Source: Clostridia bacterium
GTDB taxonomy: Bacteria > Bacillota > Clostridia > UBA1212 > UBA1255
Length of the DNA: 60,870 bases
Assembly (NCBI GenBank): GCA_017508875.1
Contig: JAFWQX010000175.1
Location: forward strand, 1-60,870
Direction: 5' to 3'
Both the position numbers and the translations under genes were made by a program. The notes below the pieces were generated by a model, which saw nothing but the letters and a program-made list of their open reading frames with translations, had not been told where the DNA came from and did no database searches. This document shows positions 28,649 through 37,125 of the stretch, piece by piece (position 1 is the stretch's first letter; each line of letters begins with the position of its first letter).

Positions 28649-29980
28649 ATGAAAAAAGGGTTAATAAGTTACGTGGAACCCGGCAGTGCCGCTTATGAAG
28701 GCGGCATATTGCCGGGTGACTGTTTAATTAAAGTAAACGGCCATAAAATAAGAGATATATTTGATTACAGGTACTATACCACCGAGGAGAATATATCTCT
28801 TGAACTTATTGACGCCGAGGGAGAGCCGTATATCGTCGACATTGAAAAAGACGCGGATGAAGACCCGGGTATCGCCTTTGCCGAGCCTATGATCGACGCT
28901 GACAGAGGCTGCGCGAATAATTGCATTTTCTGCTTTATTGACCAGATGCCGCCCGGAATGCGTGATACGCTTTATTTTAAAGATGACGATACGCGACTTT
29001 CTTTTTTGACCGGAAACTACGTTACACTTACGAATATCGGATATGCGGAACTGAACCGTCTCGTTAAATACCGTCTCTCTCCGATAAATGTTTCAGTTCA
29101 CACGACTAACCCCGAACTGCGCTGCAGCATGCTTAAGCATAAAGGCGCGGGTGACGTTCTGAAGAAGATCGACGTACTGAGGAAAGGCTGCATCACAGTA
29201 AACGCTCAGATCGTATTGTGCCCGGGCTATAATGACGGAAAAGAACTTGAACGCACACTTTCCGACCTGCTTTCGTTCAGCGACTGCGTAGCCAGTGTAT
29301 CTATCGTCCCGGTCGGGCTGACCAAATACCGTGAAGGTCTTACAAAGCTCAGGCTTCCGACTAAAGAAGAGGCAGAGGCTGTAATTGATACGGCTGAAAA
29401 ATTCAGAAAACTTGCGATCGAAAAGAACGGAACGGGATTTGTTTATCCTTCTGATGAGTTCTTTATTTATGCCGGAAGGGATATTCCTGATTACTCGTTT
29501 TACGACGAGTTTCCGCAGCTTGAAAACGGCGTGGGTATGCTTAGACTTCTTGATTTTCAGGTGTGTGAATATATTCAGGCTAATAAGAAACGCATTTTAA
29601 AAAAGACAGGAAAAGATTATTGCCGCAGTGTTGACGTTGCGACCGGCGTAGCTGCTTTTGAATTTATTAAAAATTTATGCAGATACACTGAAGCAGCTTT
29701 CCCGGGCCTTACAGTAAACGTTCACTGCATTGACAATGATTTTTTCGGGCACACTATTACTGTTGCGGGGCTTATTACCGGCGGAGATCTGACGGCCCAG
29801 CTAAGCGGGAAACTGCGCTCAAGCGAACTTCTTATCACACATAATATGTTGAGAAACGGTGAGACCGTATTTTTGGACAATATTGATCTGGCCGAGGCTG
29901 AGAAGCGGCTCGGCGTTAAGATAACGGCAGTACCTGACAGCGGCGACGGTTTCGTTAAAGCGCTGCTCGGGCTTGAATGA
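28649..29980 (+). CDS. PDZ + radical SAM DUF512 protein
   Basis: N-terminal PDZ-like segment, CANNCIFC, FKDDD.RLSFL.GNYVTLTN, QLENGVGM; typical neighbour of der. Confidence 0.88.
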   Translation: MKKGLISYVEPGSAAYEGGILPGDCLIKVNGHKIRDIFDYRYYTTEENISLELIDAEGEPYIVDIEKDADEDPGIAFAEPMIDADRGCANNCIFCFIDQMPPGMRDTLYFKDDDTRLSFLTGNYVTLTNIGYAELNRLVKYRLSPINVSVHTTNPELRCSMLKHKGAGDVLKKIDVLRKGCITVNAQIVLCPGYNDGKELERTLSDLLSFSDCVASVSIVPVGLTKYREGLTKLRLPTKEEAEAVIDTAEKFRKLAIEKNGTGFVYPSDEFFIYAGRDIPDYSFYDEFPQLENGVGMLRLLDFQVCEYIQANKKRILKKTGKDYCRSVDVATGVAAFEFIKNLCRYTEAAFPGLTVNVHCIDNDFFGHTITVAGLITGGDLTAQLSGKLRSSELLITHNMLRNGETVFLDNIDLAEAEKRLGVKITAVPDSGDGFVKALLGLE

Positions 29981-30010
29981 TACGATAATTATTCTTTCTG
30001 GAGGTATCTG

Positions 30011-31345
30011 ATGAATAAATTACCGGTAGTTGCGATCATAGGAAGGCCTAACGTAGGCAAATCTTCTTTTTTCAACTTTGTAACGGGGAAAAGAATATCC
30101 ATCGTTGAAGATACTCCCGGTGTTACCAGAGACAGGATATACGAAAAAGTGGAGTGGCGCGGAAAATTTTTCACGCTCATTGATACCGGAGGTCTTGAAG
30201 TCGGGTCGGAAGATCCTATTACTATGCAGATGAGGAGACAGGCAGAAGCGGCGGCGGAACTTGCCGACGTCATACTTTTTATGGTCGATCTGCTTTCAGG
30301 AATGACTGCCGGCGATGAAGAGATCGCCACACTTCTCCGCAGGACCGGAAAGCCTGTCATTGTCGCCGTTAACAAATGTGATAAAGTTGGTGATATACCT
30401 GCCGAAGCTTATGAATTCTATAACCTCGGTCTGGGCGAACTTTATCCTATATCTTCTGCGCACGGCCTCGGAATAGGTGAAGTTCTTGACGCACTGTTTG
30501 AACTTATGCCTGAACTTCCGGATGAAGCCGGATCCGAGAACGTTATAAGCGTCGCTGTCGTTGGAAAACCGAACGCCGGAAAATCCTCACTCATCAATAA
30601 AATAATGGGCAGCGACCGCGTTATAGTTTCTGACGTTCCGGGGACAACGCGGGACGCGATCGATACGTATACGGAGATAGACGGGCAGGAGTTCTGCTTT
30701 ATTGACACAGCCGGACTGAGAAAGCGGGGCAGGATCTCGGACAATATCGAGAAGTACAGTACTGTTAGAAGTCTGGGAGCTGTTGACCGCTCGCAGGTCG
30801 TGATACTGATGATCGATGCCGTTGACGGCGTTACCGAGCAGGACACTAAAATCGCCGGATATGCGCTCGAGCAGGGAAAAGGCATTATTATTGCCATCAA
30901 TAAATGGGATCTGATCGAGAAAGAAACAGACACGATGGAAAAATACCGCCTCGACGTGCTCAACAAACTCAATTTTATTATGTTTTCTCCGGTAATGTTC
31001 CTTTCGGCTCTTACCGGATCGCGCGTAAATAAACTGTTCAGCACGATAATTGACGTTTATAACGCCTCTACGCGAAGAATTTCTACCGGATTGCTTAACG
31101 ACTGCCTGACCGAGGCGATGATCACGGTACAGCCTCCTTCAGATAAAGGGAAACGCCTTAAGATTTTCTATATAACGCAAATCGCCACATGCCCTCCGAC
31201 GTTCGTTATCAAGTGTAATTCACGCGATCTGTTTCATTTTTCATACCTGCGGTATATTGAAAATCAGATGAGAAAAAATTTTGACTTTACAGGAACGCCG
31301 ATTAGGTTTAAAATCAGGGGTAAAGAAGATGAAGGAGCTGACTGA
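30011..31345 (+). CDS. der: Ribosome biogenesis GTPase Der (EngA)
   Basis: Two G domains (GRPNVGKS, GKPNAGKS; DTGG, DTAG; NKCD, NKWD) plus a KH-like C-terminus. Confidence 0.97.
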   Translation: MNKLPVVAIIGRPNVGKSSFFNFVTGKRISIVEDTPGVTRDRIYEKVEWRGKFFTLIDTGGLEVGSEDPITMQMRRQAEAAAELADVILFMVDLLSGMTAGDEEIATLLRRTGKPVIVAVNKCDKVGDIPAEAYEFYNLGLGELYPISSAHGLGIGEVLDALFELMPELPDEAGSENVISVAVVGKPNAGKSSLINKIMGSDRVIVSDVPGTTRDAIDTYTEIDGQEFCFIDTAGLRKRGRISDNIEKYSTVRSLGAVDRSQVVILMIDAVDGVTEQDTKIAGYALEQGKGIIIAINKWDLIEKETDTMEKYRLDVLNKLNFIMFSPVMFLSALTGSRVNKLFSTIIDVYNASTRRISTGLLNDCLTEAMITVQPPSDKGKRLKIFYITQIATCPPTFVIKCNSRDLFHFSYLRYIENQMRKNFDFTGTPIRFKIRGKEDEGAD

Positions 31346-31348
31346 GTT

Positions 31349-32017
31349 ATGGAATGGGTAATGCTCTGCCTCGCTGCTGGAATAGGTTATCTGCTCGGAA
31401 GTATTAACGCAGCTGTTATAGTTTCAAGGACTTTCAATAAATCTGACGTCAGGACACACGGCAGCGGTAATGCCGGCGCCACTAATATGCTTCGCACTTT
31501 CGGAGTTAAGAGCGCACTCTTTACTACGATAATCGACCTTGCGAAGGGTATTATCGCGTGCCTCGCCGGAGGGCTTCTCCTGCATTATTTAGGCGGCCGG
31601 TTCGGATATGTTGAAGGTTCATGTATAGCCGGCGCGTTTGCGGTGATCGGACATAACTGGCCGGTCTATTTCGGATTTAGAGGCGGGAAAGGCGTTATGA
31701 CCGCTTTTGCAGTTATGCTTATGATCGCTCCGCTCGCCGCGCTCTTAAGCCTTCTCGTATTCATTATCGTTGTCCTGATCTCGAGATACGTTTCGTTGGG
31801 ATCGATAACGGCAGCATTAACGCTTCCGGGATTTACCGCACTGTTTCTGTTTATTTTCAAGCAGAATATTATTTCTTTTACGTTTTTTGTTAGCGTTTTC
31901 CTCGCTCTGCTTGTTATAATTCGCCACCACGCTAATATCGGAAGGCTCGTTAAGGGCACTGAAAACAAATTCAGTATTAAAAGGAAAGAGAACGATGATA
32001 ATACTGCTAAAAAGTGA
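31349..32017 (+). CDS. plsY: Glycerol-3-phosphate acyltransferase PlsY
   Basis: GYLLGSI, GSGNAGATN, GHNWPV..FRGGKGV, RHHANIGRL. Confidence 0.95.
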   Translation: MEWVMLCLAAGIGYLLGSINAAVIVSRTFNKSDVRTHGSGNAGATNMLRTFGVKSALFTTIIDLAKGIIACLAGGLLLHYLGGRFGYVEGSCIAGAFAVIGHNWPVYFGFRGGKGVMTAFAVMLMIAPLAALLSLLVFIIVVLISRYVSLGSITAALTLPGFTALFLFIFKQNIISFTFFVSVFLALLVIIRHHANIGRLVKGTENKFSIKRKENDDNTAKK

Positions 32018-33005
32018 CGCCGACGCTAAAACCGTATCGGATCTTAAAGAGTGGCTTTCCAGGTGGGACGTTTCTATCGAGTCGGCTGATGCTTTCGGAA
32101 GCGAAGTTATAAAAGTCGAAGGCGATCTGGATAAAATAGATTTTTCACTTGTTAAACGTTTTGATTGCGTTGCGGCAATAACAAAAACAGAAGATTCATA
32201 TAAATTTGCGTCGAGGCATAATTATCCTTCCGATACTGTGATCAAGATCGGGAATATTGAGATAGGCGGCAATAATTTCAGCGTTATTGCCGGCCCGTGC
32301 TCTGTTGAGTCAAACGAGCAGATATGTGATATTGCTTTGTCCGTTAAAGCGAGCGGAGCCTCGATCCTGCGCGGCGGTGCATTCAAGCCCCGCACTTCAC
32401 CTTATGCTTTTCAGGGCCTTAAGAGCAGGGGAATCGAGCTCCTTTTGGAAGCCAAGAAACTTACCGGTATGCCGATCGTTTCTGAAATCGTTGATATCAC
32501 TGCTCTTCCGTTTTTCGAACACGTAGATATTATTCAGGTAGGAGCGAGAAACATGCAAAACTTCGAGCTTCTGAAGGAACTCGGACATACCCGCAAGCCT
32601 ATTTTGTTAAAGCGCGGTCCTGCCAATACTATCGAAGAGTTTCTGATGAGTGCCGAATATATATTGGCAGGGGGCAATACTAACGTTATTCTTTGCGAGA
32701 GGGGAGTCAGAACTTTCGAGAATCTTACCAGGAACACTCTCGACATTGCTTCAATCCCTCTGCTGAAGAGATTAACACATCTTCCGGTTTTTGCAGATCC
32801 GAGTCACGCTTCAGGAAGAGCCGATATAGTTCCGTCGCTTGCTCTGGCATGCTGCGCTGCCGGAGCCGACGGCGTTATGGTCGAAGTTCATAACGATCCG
32901 GTCAACGCTTTTTCCGACGGCGCGCAATCGATCACGCCAGACGTTTTTGCTTCATTGATGAAAAACGTCAGAGCTGTTTGCGACGTACTGGGCAAGAAGT
33001 ATTAA
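31995..33005 (+). CDS. aroF: DAHP synthase, type I-beta
   Basis: IAGPCSVES, RGGAFKPRTSPY, QVGARNMQNF, LCERG, DPSH, EVH. Confidence 0.93.
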   Translation: MIILLKSDADAKTVSDLKEWLSRWDVSIESADAFGSEVIKVEGDLDKIDFSLVKRFDCVAAITKTEDSYKFASRHNYPSDTVIKIGNIEIGGNNFSVIAGPCSVESNEQICDIALSVKASGASILRGGAFKPRTSPYAFQGLKSRGIELLLEAKKLTGMPIVSEIVDITALPFFEHVDIIQVGARNMQNFELLKELGHTRKPILLKRGPANTIEEFLMSAEYILAGGNTNVILCERGVRTFENLTRNTLDIASIPLLKRLTHLPVFADPSHASGRADIVPSLALACCAAGADGVMVEVHNDPVNAFSDGAQSITPDVFASLMKNVRAVCDVLGKKY

Positions 33006-33051
33006 TTTATAATAATACTGAATTACTGAATACCGGATCCGGACACTTTAG

Positions 33052-33513
33052 TTATAAAAACTGCCATATCGCTCCAGCTAATCCGGCAAGCATGAACGGA
33101 ACAAGAGGAAGTTTTGAGCTTAAATCAAGCCTTTCTCTTGTTTTTATCTTTCTTATAAGTCCTTTTATTATTTGGAATACGCATGCACTTAAGAAAGTAA
33201 TAAGAAGAAAATATAAAATACCGTAAATTCCTAAACCTAAACCAAGAGCGGTAATGATTTTAACGTCAGCACCGCCGATCCCGCCTTTAAGCGCAGGAAT
33301 CGCTGTAAAAATAAATCCTGTGACCGCACCTGCTAATGCTAACATCAAAGTACTCGTTCTATGATCCTTAACGTAATCATAAACAGTTAGTACGATTCCC
33401 GCAGCGGCAATAACGATCGAAAAGACGTTGTTAACTTTATTCTTTCTTATGTCAAAAACGGATGCCGTGATCAGTACTGCGGCAATAACGGTGTAATAAA
33501 TTATTCTATCCAT
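33052..33513 (-). CDS. A24 prepilin peptidase, short CpaA/TadV-like form
   Basis: Highly hydrophobic; both catalytic Asp present (FDIRKNKV, GGADVK); C-terminal PLVPF; GAGGTG SD. Confidence 0.85.
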   Translation of the reverse strand: MDRIIYYTVIAAVLITASVFDIRKNKVNNVFSIVIAAAGIVLTVYDYVKDHRTSTLMLALAGAVTGFIFTAIPALKGGIGGADVKIITALGLGLGIYGILYFLLITFLSACVFQIIKGLIRKIKTRERLDLSSKLPLVPFMLAGLAGAIWQFL

Positions 33514-33594
33514 ATTGATCCACCTCGCAGCATCAACGATACCGCCTTTCGTTTATGATATCAAATTTATTTTTATTACCGGTTATTACTCGAC

Positions 33595-33675
33595 TTTTCC
33601 GGAAATATCCGGATATTGTCCCGATTTTTCCGGAAATTTCCTTTTATTTCCGCAAATTTCCGGGGGAAAATCCGC
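33595..33675. repeat. Phased array of about 8 degenerate palindromic decamers (consensus TTTCCGGAAA)
   Basis: TCC core at 33598, 33608, 33619, 33629, 33639, 33649, 33659 and 33671; perfect TTTCCGGAAA at 33596 and 33627; ATATCCGGATAT at 33605. Confidence 0.85.
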
Positions 33676-33688
33676 TGCAAAAAAAGCC

Positions 33689-33718
33689 TTGACATACCTC
33701 TTTGTGAATGACTATAAT
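33689..33718 (+). promoter_or_regulatory. Consensus sigmaA promoter for mgtE
   Basis: TTGACA-N18-TATAAT, implying a TSS near 33725 and a ~270-nt 5' leader. Confidence 0.8.
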
Positions 33719-33724
33719 CATGCT

Positions 33725-33992
33725 GCGGTAAATCCGTAAATCCAATTTTATTGAGAGGTGAAACAAATGGACGCCGGAGGTAGTAGTAATGCGGGTCCCG
33801 GACGAAGTAACGCTGATTCAGCTGTTCCTTTATGCTCTGTTATATCTTATTCATTTGTTTCATCCGCATTCTGCTTTATTTTTTAGTTTTTTGCCGAACG
33901 AAATAAATCGATAGAATTTCAGAAGGGTTCCGTATGCACAGTCTGCCCCCTTTTTAAATACCGGTATTCCGGAAAAAGGAAAGGAAAAGCCT
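33725..33992 (+). promoter_or_regulatory. Structured mgtE 5' leader (candidate attenuator/riboswitch)
   Basis: Long complementary segments 33757-33771/33850-33864 and 33783-33795/33863-33874, U-tract 33875-33892, second hairpin/anti-SD region 33921-33979. Confidence 0.6.
33767..33886 (+). CDS. Putative leader peptide (39 aa) MDAGGSSNAGPGRSNADSAVPLCSVISYSFVSSAFCFIF
   Basis: GAGGTG SD with ideal spacing before ATG 33767; stop TAG 33884-33886 lies inside the U-tract. Below the ORF-track length cut-off. Confidence 0.45.
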   Translation: MDAGGSSNAGPGRSNADSAVPLCSVISYSFVSSAFCFIF

Positions 33993-35405
33993 ATGCAGGA
34001 CGAGAATGAATTAATGAATGACGCCGAGAATATTCTTGATCAGAAGATAGAACTCGCGTACGAACTCATTGAGAAAAAAGACTTTCAGCAGCTAAAAGAA
34101 CTGCTCGGAAGCATGGAACCGGCAGATATTGCCATGATGCTTGAAGAGGTCCCGATCGAAAAAGTACCTCTCATTTTCCGCATTCTGCCAAAAGAACTTG
34201 CCGCAGACACGTTTGTCGAAATGGAGACTGATCAGCAGGAAGTACTTATCAGAGCATTCTCTGATGAAGAACTTGAGCAGGTCATGAGCGACGTGTTTGT
34301 CGACGATACCGTAGATATTATCGAAGAAATGCCCGCTAACGTTGTCCGGAGAATACTTAAGAGTGTAACTCCGGAGAGAAGGGCGAAGATCAACGAAATT
34401 ATGCATTATCCGGAAGACAGTGCCGGAAGTATCATGAGCACCGAATTCGTTGACCTTACCGAAAACGTTACCGTAGGCCAGGCTTTTGACAAAATTCGCG
34501 AGACCGGACTTAATAAAGAAACGATCTACACCTGTTACGTTATTGACGGAAACAGAAAACTTGTCGGACTTGTTACGGTCATGACGCTGCTCACCAGCCC
34601 GCAGAATGCGGTAATATCTGACATTATGGATGAAAACGTTATCTTTACGACGACTGACGCCGATAAAGAAGACGTTTCTAAACTGATCGAAAAGTACGAC
34701 TTACTCGCGATACCTGTTGTCGACCTGGAACACAGACTCGTAGGTATCGTAACGGTTGACGACGCTATCGACGTAATTCAGGAAGAAGCCGAAGAAGACT
34801 TCGCAAAGATGAACGCTATTACGCCGATGGAAAAGCCGTACCTTAAAACATCGGTATTTAATATCTGGAAGAGCCGTATACCGTGGCTGATGTTGATGAT
34901 GGTTTCCGCGACGTTTACAGGAATGATTCTTTCAAGATTTGAAGCCGCGCTTGCACAGTTAGTCGTACTGACGGCATTTATACCGATGTTAATGGATACG
35001 GGCGGTAACTCCGGAAGCCAGGCTTCGGTTACGATCATTCGTGGTATTTCTCTGGGTGATATTGAGTTTAACGATATATTGCGGGTCATCTGGAAGGAGT
35101 TACGTGTCGCTGCGCTTTGCGGACTGTCGATGGCAGTTGCGACATTCGGTAAAGTTATGCTGATAGACCATCTGCTGCTTCGGAATGACAGCATTAACTG
35201 GAGGATCGCTTTGATCGTTTGTATAACTATGGCATGTACGATCATCATTGCTAAATTCATCGGCTGTACGCTGCCGCTGTTTGCTAAAAAGATCGGTTTC
35301 GACCCGGCTGTAATGGCCAGCCCGTTTATTACGACTATAGTTGACGCCGTATCACTGCTGATCTACTTTGCTGTTGCTTCAATGGTTTTGCCGGCTTACT
35401 TCTGA
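33993..35405 (+). CDS. mgtE: Magnesium transporter MgtE
   Basis: N-domain MEPADIA, tandem CBS domains, RIPWLMLMM, MDTGGNSGSQ, DPAVMASPFITTIVD. Confidence 0.97.
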   Translation: MQDENELMNDAENILDQKIELAYELIEKKDFQQLKELLGSMEPADIAMMLEEVPIEKVPLIFRILPKELAADTFVEMETDQQEVLIRAFSDEELEQVMSDVFVDDTVDIIEEMPANVVRRILKSVTPERRAKINEIMHYPEDSAGSIMSTEFVDLTENVTVGQAFDKIRETGLNKETIYTCYVIDGNRKLVGLVTVMTLLTSPQNAVISDIMDENVIFTTTDADKEDVSKLIEKYDLLAIPVVDLEHRLVGIVTVDDAIDVIQEEAEEDFAKMNAITPMEKPYLKTSVFNIWKSRIPWLMLMMVSATFTGMILSRFEAALAQLVVLTAFIPMLMDTGGNSGSQASVTIIRGISLGDIEFNDILRVIWKELRVAALCGLSMAVATFGKVMLIDHLLLRNDSINWRIALIVCITMACTIIIAKFIGCTLPLFAKKIGFDPAVMASPFITTIVDAVSLLIYFAVASMVLPAYF

Positions 35406-35429
35406 GCACTTAAAGCACGCATTGATCCG

Positions 35430-35469
35430 ATTCCCTCCTTTGGTGTGATTGCACCGGGAGGGATTTTTT
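35430..35469 (+). terminator. Intrinsic terminator after mgtE
   Basis: TCCCTCC..GGTG / CACC.GGGAGGGA stem followed by TTTTTT. Confidence 0.75.
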
Positions 35470-35536
35470 ATATTATAAACTGTTCCGGACGGGTGCCGGT
35501 TGCCGAGCTATTTACCATTTGCAATTCGCTGTTCTA

Positions 35537-35565
35537 TTGAAATTCCGGCTAAATAGTTGTATACT
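35537..35565 (+). promoter_or_regulatory. sigmaA-type promoter
   Basis: TTGAAA-N17-TATACT upstream of the small-protein/GTPase pair. Confidence 0.6.
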
Positions 35566-35602
35566 TTTGAACATAAATGATATATGCGGGAGATTTAAGA
35601 TC

Positions 35603-35812
35603 ATGTACTTAAGTAAAAAGCAAAAGCGAAAGATAATCTACGTGACGGGGAGCATTACCGCGGCGGCGATTGCACTTCTTTTGCTGCCGAAAGTTATCTC
35701 GGCAGCCTCCGCTTTTGCATACAAAAAACTTCCGCGAACGCTTGACGAGCCGGACGATGACGACTGGGGACCGGAGATAGTTAAAACATCTACTCTTAAA
35801 AAGGAGAACTGA
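35603..35812 (+). CDS. Small single-TM protein (69 aa)
   Basis: MYLSKKQKRK basic N-terminus, hydrophobic helix, acidic DEPDDDDW; GGGAG SD; its 3' end carries the AAGGAG SD of the next gene. Confidence 0.6.
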   Translation: MYLSKKQKRKIIYVTGSITAAAIALLLLPKVISAASAFAYKKLPRTLDEPDDDDWGPEIVKTSTLKKEN

Positions 35813-35815
35813 AAG

Positions 35816-37054
35816 ATGAGTTTACCGGATTTTAACGTACAGGAGATGGCGGACGAGATAATGAAGGCGGTAAAGAAAGCCCGAAGCGAATTGGTTAAAC
35901 TAAACGTAATGGTGATGGGGAAGACCGGCGTAGGTAAGAGTACGCTGATAAATAATATGTTCAGCGAACCGCTCGCGGAAGTCGGAATCGGAAAGCCAGT
36001 TACTGACGAAATACGTAAATTCGAAAAACCGGATTTTCCGCTTGCAATTTATGACACTCCCGGCCTTGAACTCGGCGGAGTGAATTCCGTCGAAAAGCTG
36101 CTCGCAGGCGTCACAAAAGTCATCACCGAAGGTATTGCCACGGGTGACGTAGGGCAGGCAATACACTGCATCTGGTACTGTGTTTCTACTCCTTCGCACC
36201 GCTTCGAAAAAACAGAGAAGCTCTTCATCCAGCGCTTTTTAGAAGAAACCGGCCAGTTCAAAGTACCCGTAATTATTGTGTTGACACAATCGTTTTCAAA
36301 AGCAGACACAATTGCCCTGAAGACTGAGATCGAAAAAGAGAATCTCGGAATCGTGCAGGTCGTGCCGGTGCTCGCAAGTAATTTCGAGATCAATGAAGAG
36401 TATACAGCAAAAGCGTACGGCCTTGACCGCCTTACTGAAGTTATGGACAACGTGATCCCTGAAGCTGTGCGTAATACTCTCGTGGCTGTTCAGAAGGCAA
36501 ATATCCGCCTTAAGCAGAAAAAAGCACAGCTCGTCGTAGCTTCGTCTGCGGCAACGGCCGCAGCTACCGGTGCTGTTCCGATCCCGTTTTCCGACGCGGC
36601 ACTGCTCGTTCCTGAACAGATCGCTATGCTGGCCGGTATTACTGCCGTATTCGGTCTGCCAGTCGAAAAATCAACTATTACTGCTGTCGTTTCGGCAACG
36701 ATCGGTACGGTCGGGACAACGGTTTTGGGGAAAACCGTGATATCCGGCATTTTCAAACTCATTCCGGGCGTAGGCAGTGTGATAGGCGGAATGATATCAG
36801 GCAGCGTTGCCGCGGCAATAACTGCCGCACTCGGCGAGGCTTATATCGGTATTATGTCTATGGTCGCACAGGGCGAAATGAAAGTAGGCGAGATCGATTC
36901 CGAAGAAGGCAAAAAAGCTATTGCCCGCCTGTTCAAGAAACGGCTCAAACTTAAACGAGACGATAACGGGATACCGGAAATCGAGTTAAAAGAAACAAAA
37001 GCGGCTAAAAAAGCTCTTCCGAAACCCAAAAAATTCGGCGGCAAGAAACGCTGA
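35816..37054 (+). CDS. P-loop GTPase fused to a DUF697/YcjF-like hydrophobic domain
   Basis: G1 GKTGVGKS, G3 DTPG, WYC motif; C-terminal PIPFSDAALLVPEQIAML and Gly-zipper helices; Lys-rich tail. Confidence 0.8.
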   Translation: MSLPDFNVQEMADEIMKAVKKARSELVKLNVMVMGKTGVGKSTLINNMFSEPLAEVGIGKPVTDEIRKFEKPDFPLAIYDTPGLELGGVNSVEKLLAGVTKVITEGIATGDVGQAIHCIWYCVSTPSHRFEKTEKLFIQRFLEETGQFKVPVIIVLTQSFSKADTIALKTEIEKENLGIVQVVPVLASNFEINEEYTAKAYGLDRLTEVMDNVIPEAVRNTLVAVQKANIRLKQKKAQLVVASSAATAAATGAVPIPFSDAALLVPEQIAMLAGITAVFGLPVEKSTITAVVSATIGTVGTTVLGKTVISGIFKLIPGVGSVIGGMISGSVAAAITAALGEAYIGIMSMVAQGEMKVGEIDSEEGKKAIARLFKKRLKLKRDDNGIPEIELKETKAAKKALPKPKKFGGKKR

Positions 37055-37096
37055 CTATTTCTTTTCCTGATTTTGCCGTTTTTTGATCTGCGCTAT

Positions 37097-37125
37097 TTTA
37101 CATTGGCTCAGATTTGTGGTATACT
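37097..37125 (+). promoter_or_regulatory. sigmaA promoter (extended -10) upstream of dCMP deaminase
   Basis: TTTACA-N17-TATACT with TGn. Confidence 0.65.

Noticed and set aside
33725-33992. M-box (ykoK) riboswitch upstream of mgtE
   Set aside because: I could not find the hallmark segments I recall for the M-box (GGUGAGGCU near the 5' end, UGCC..A, GCUAAAGC near the 3' end), so it is reported as an unknown leader pending an Rfam scan.
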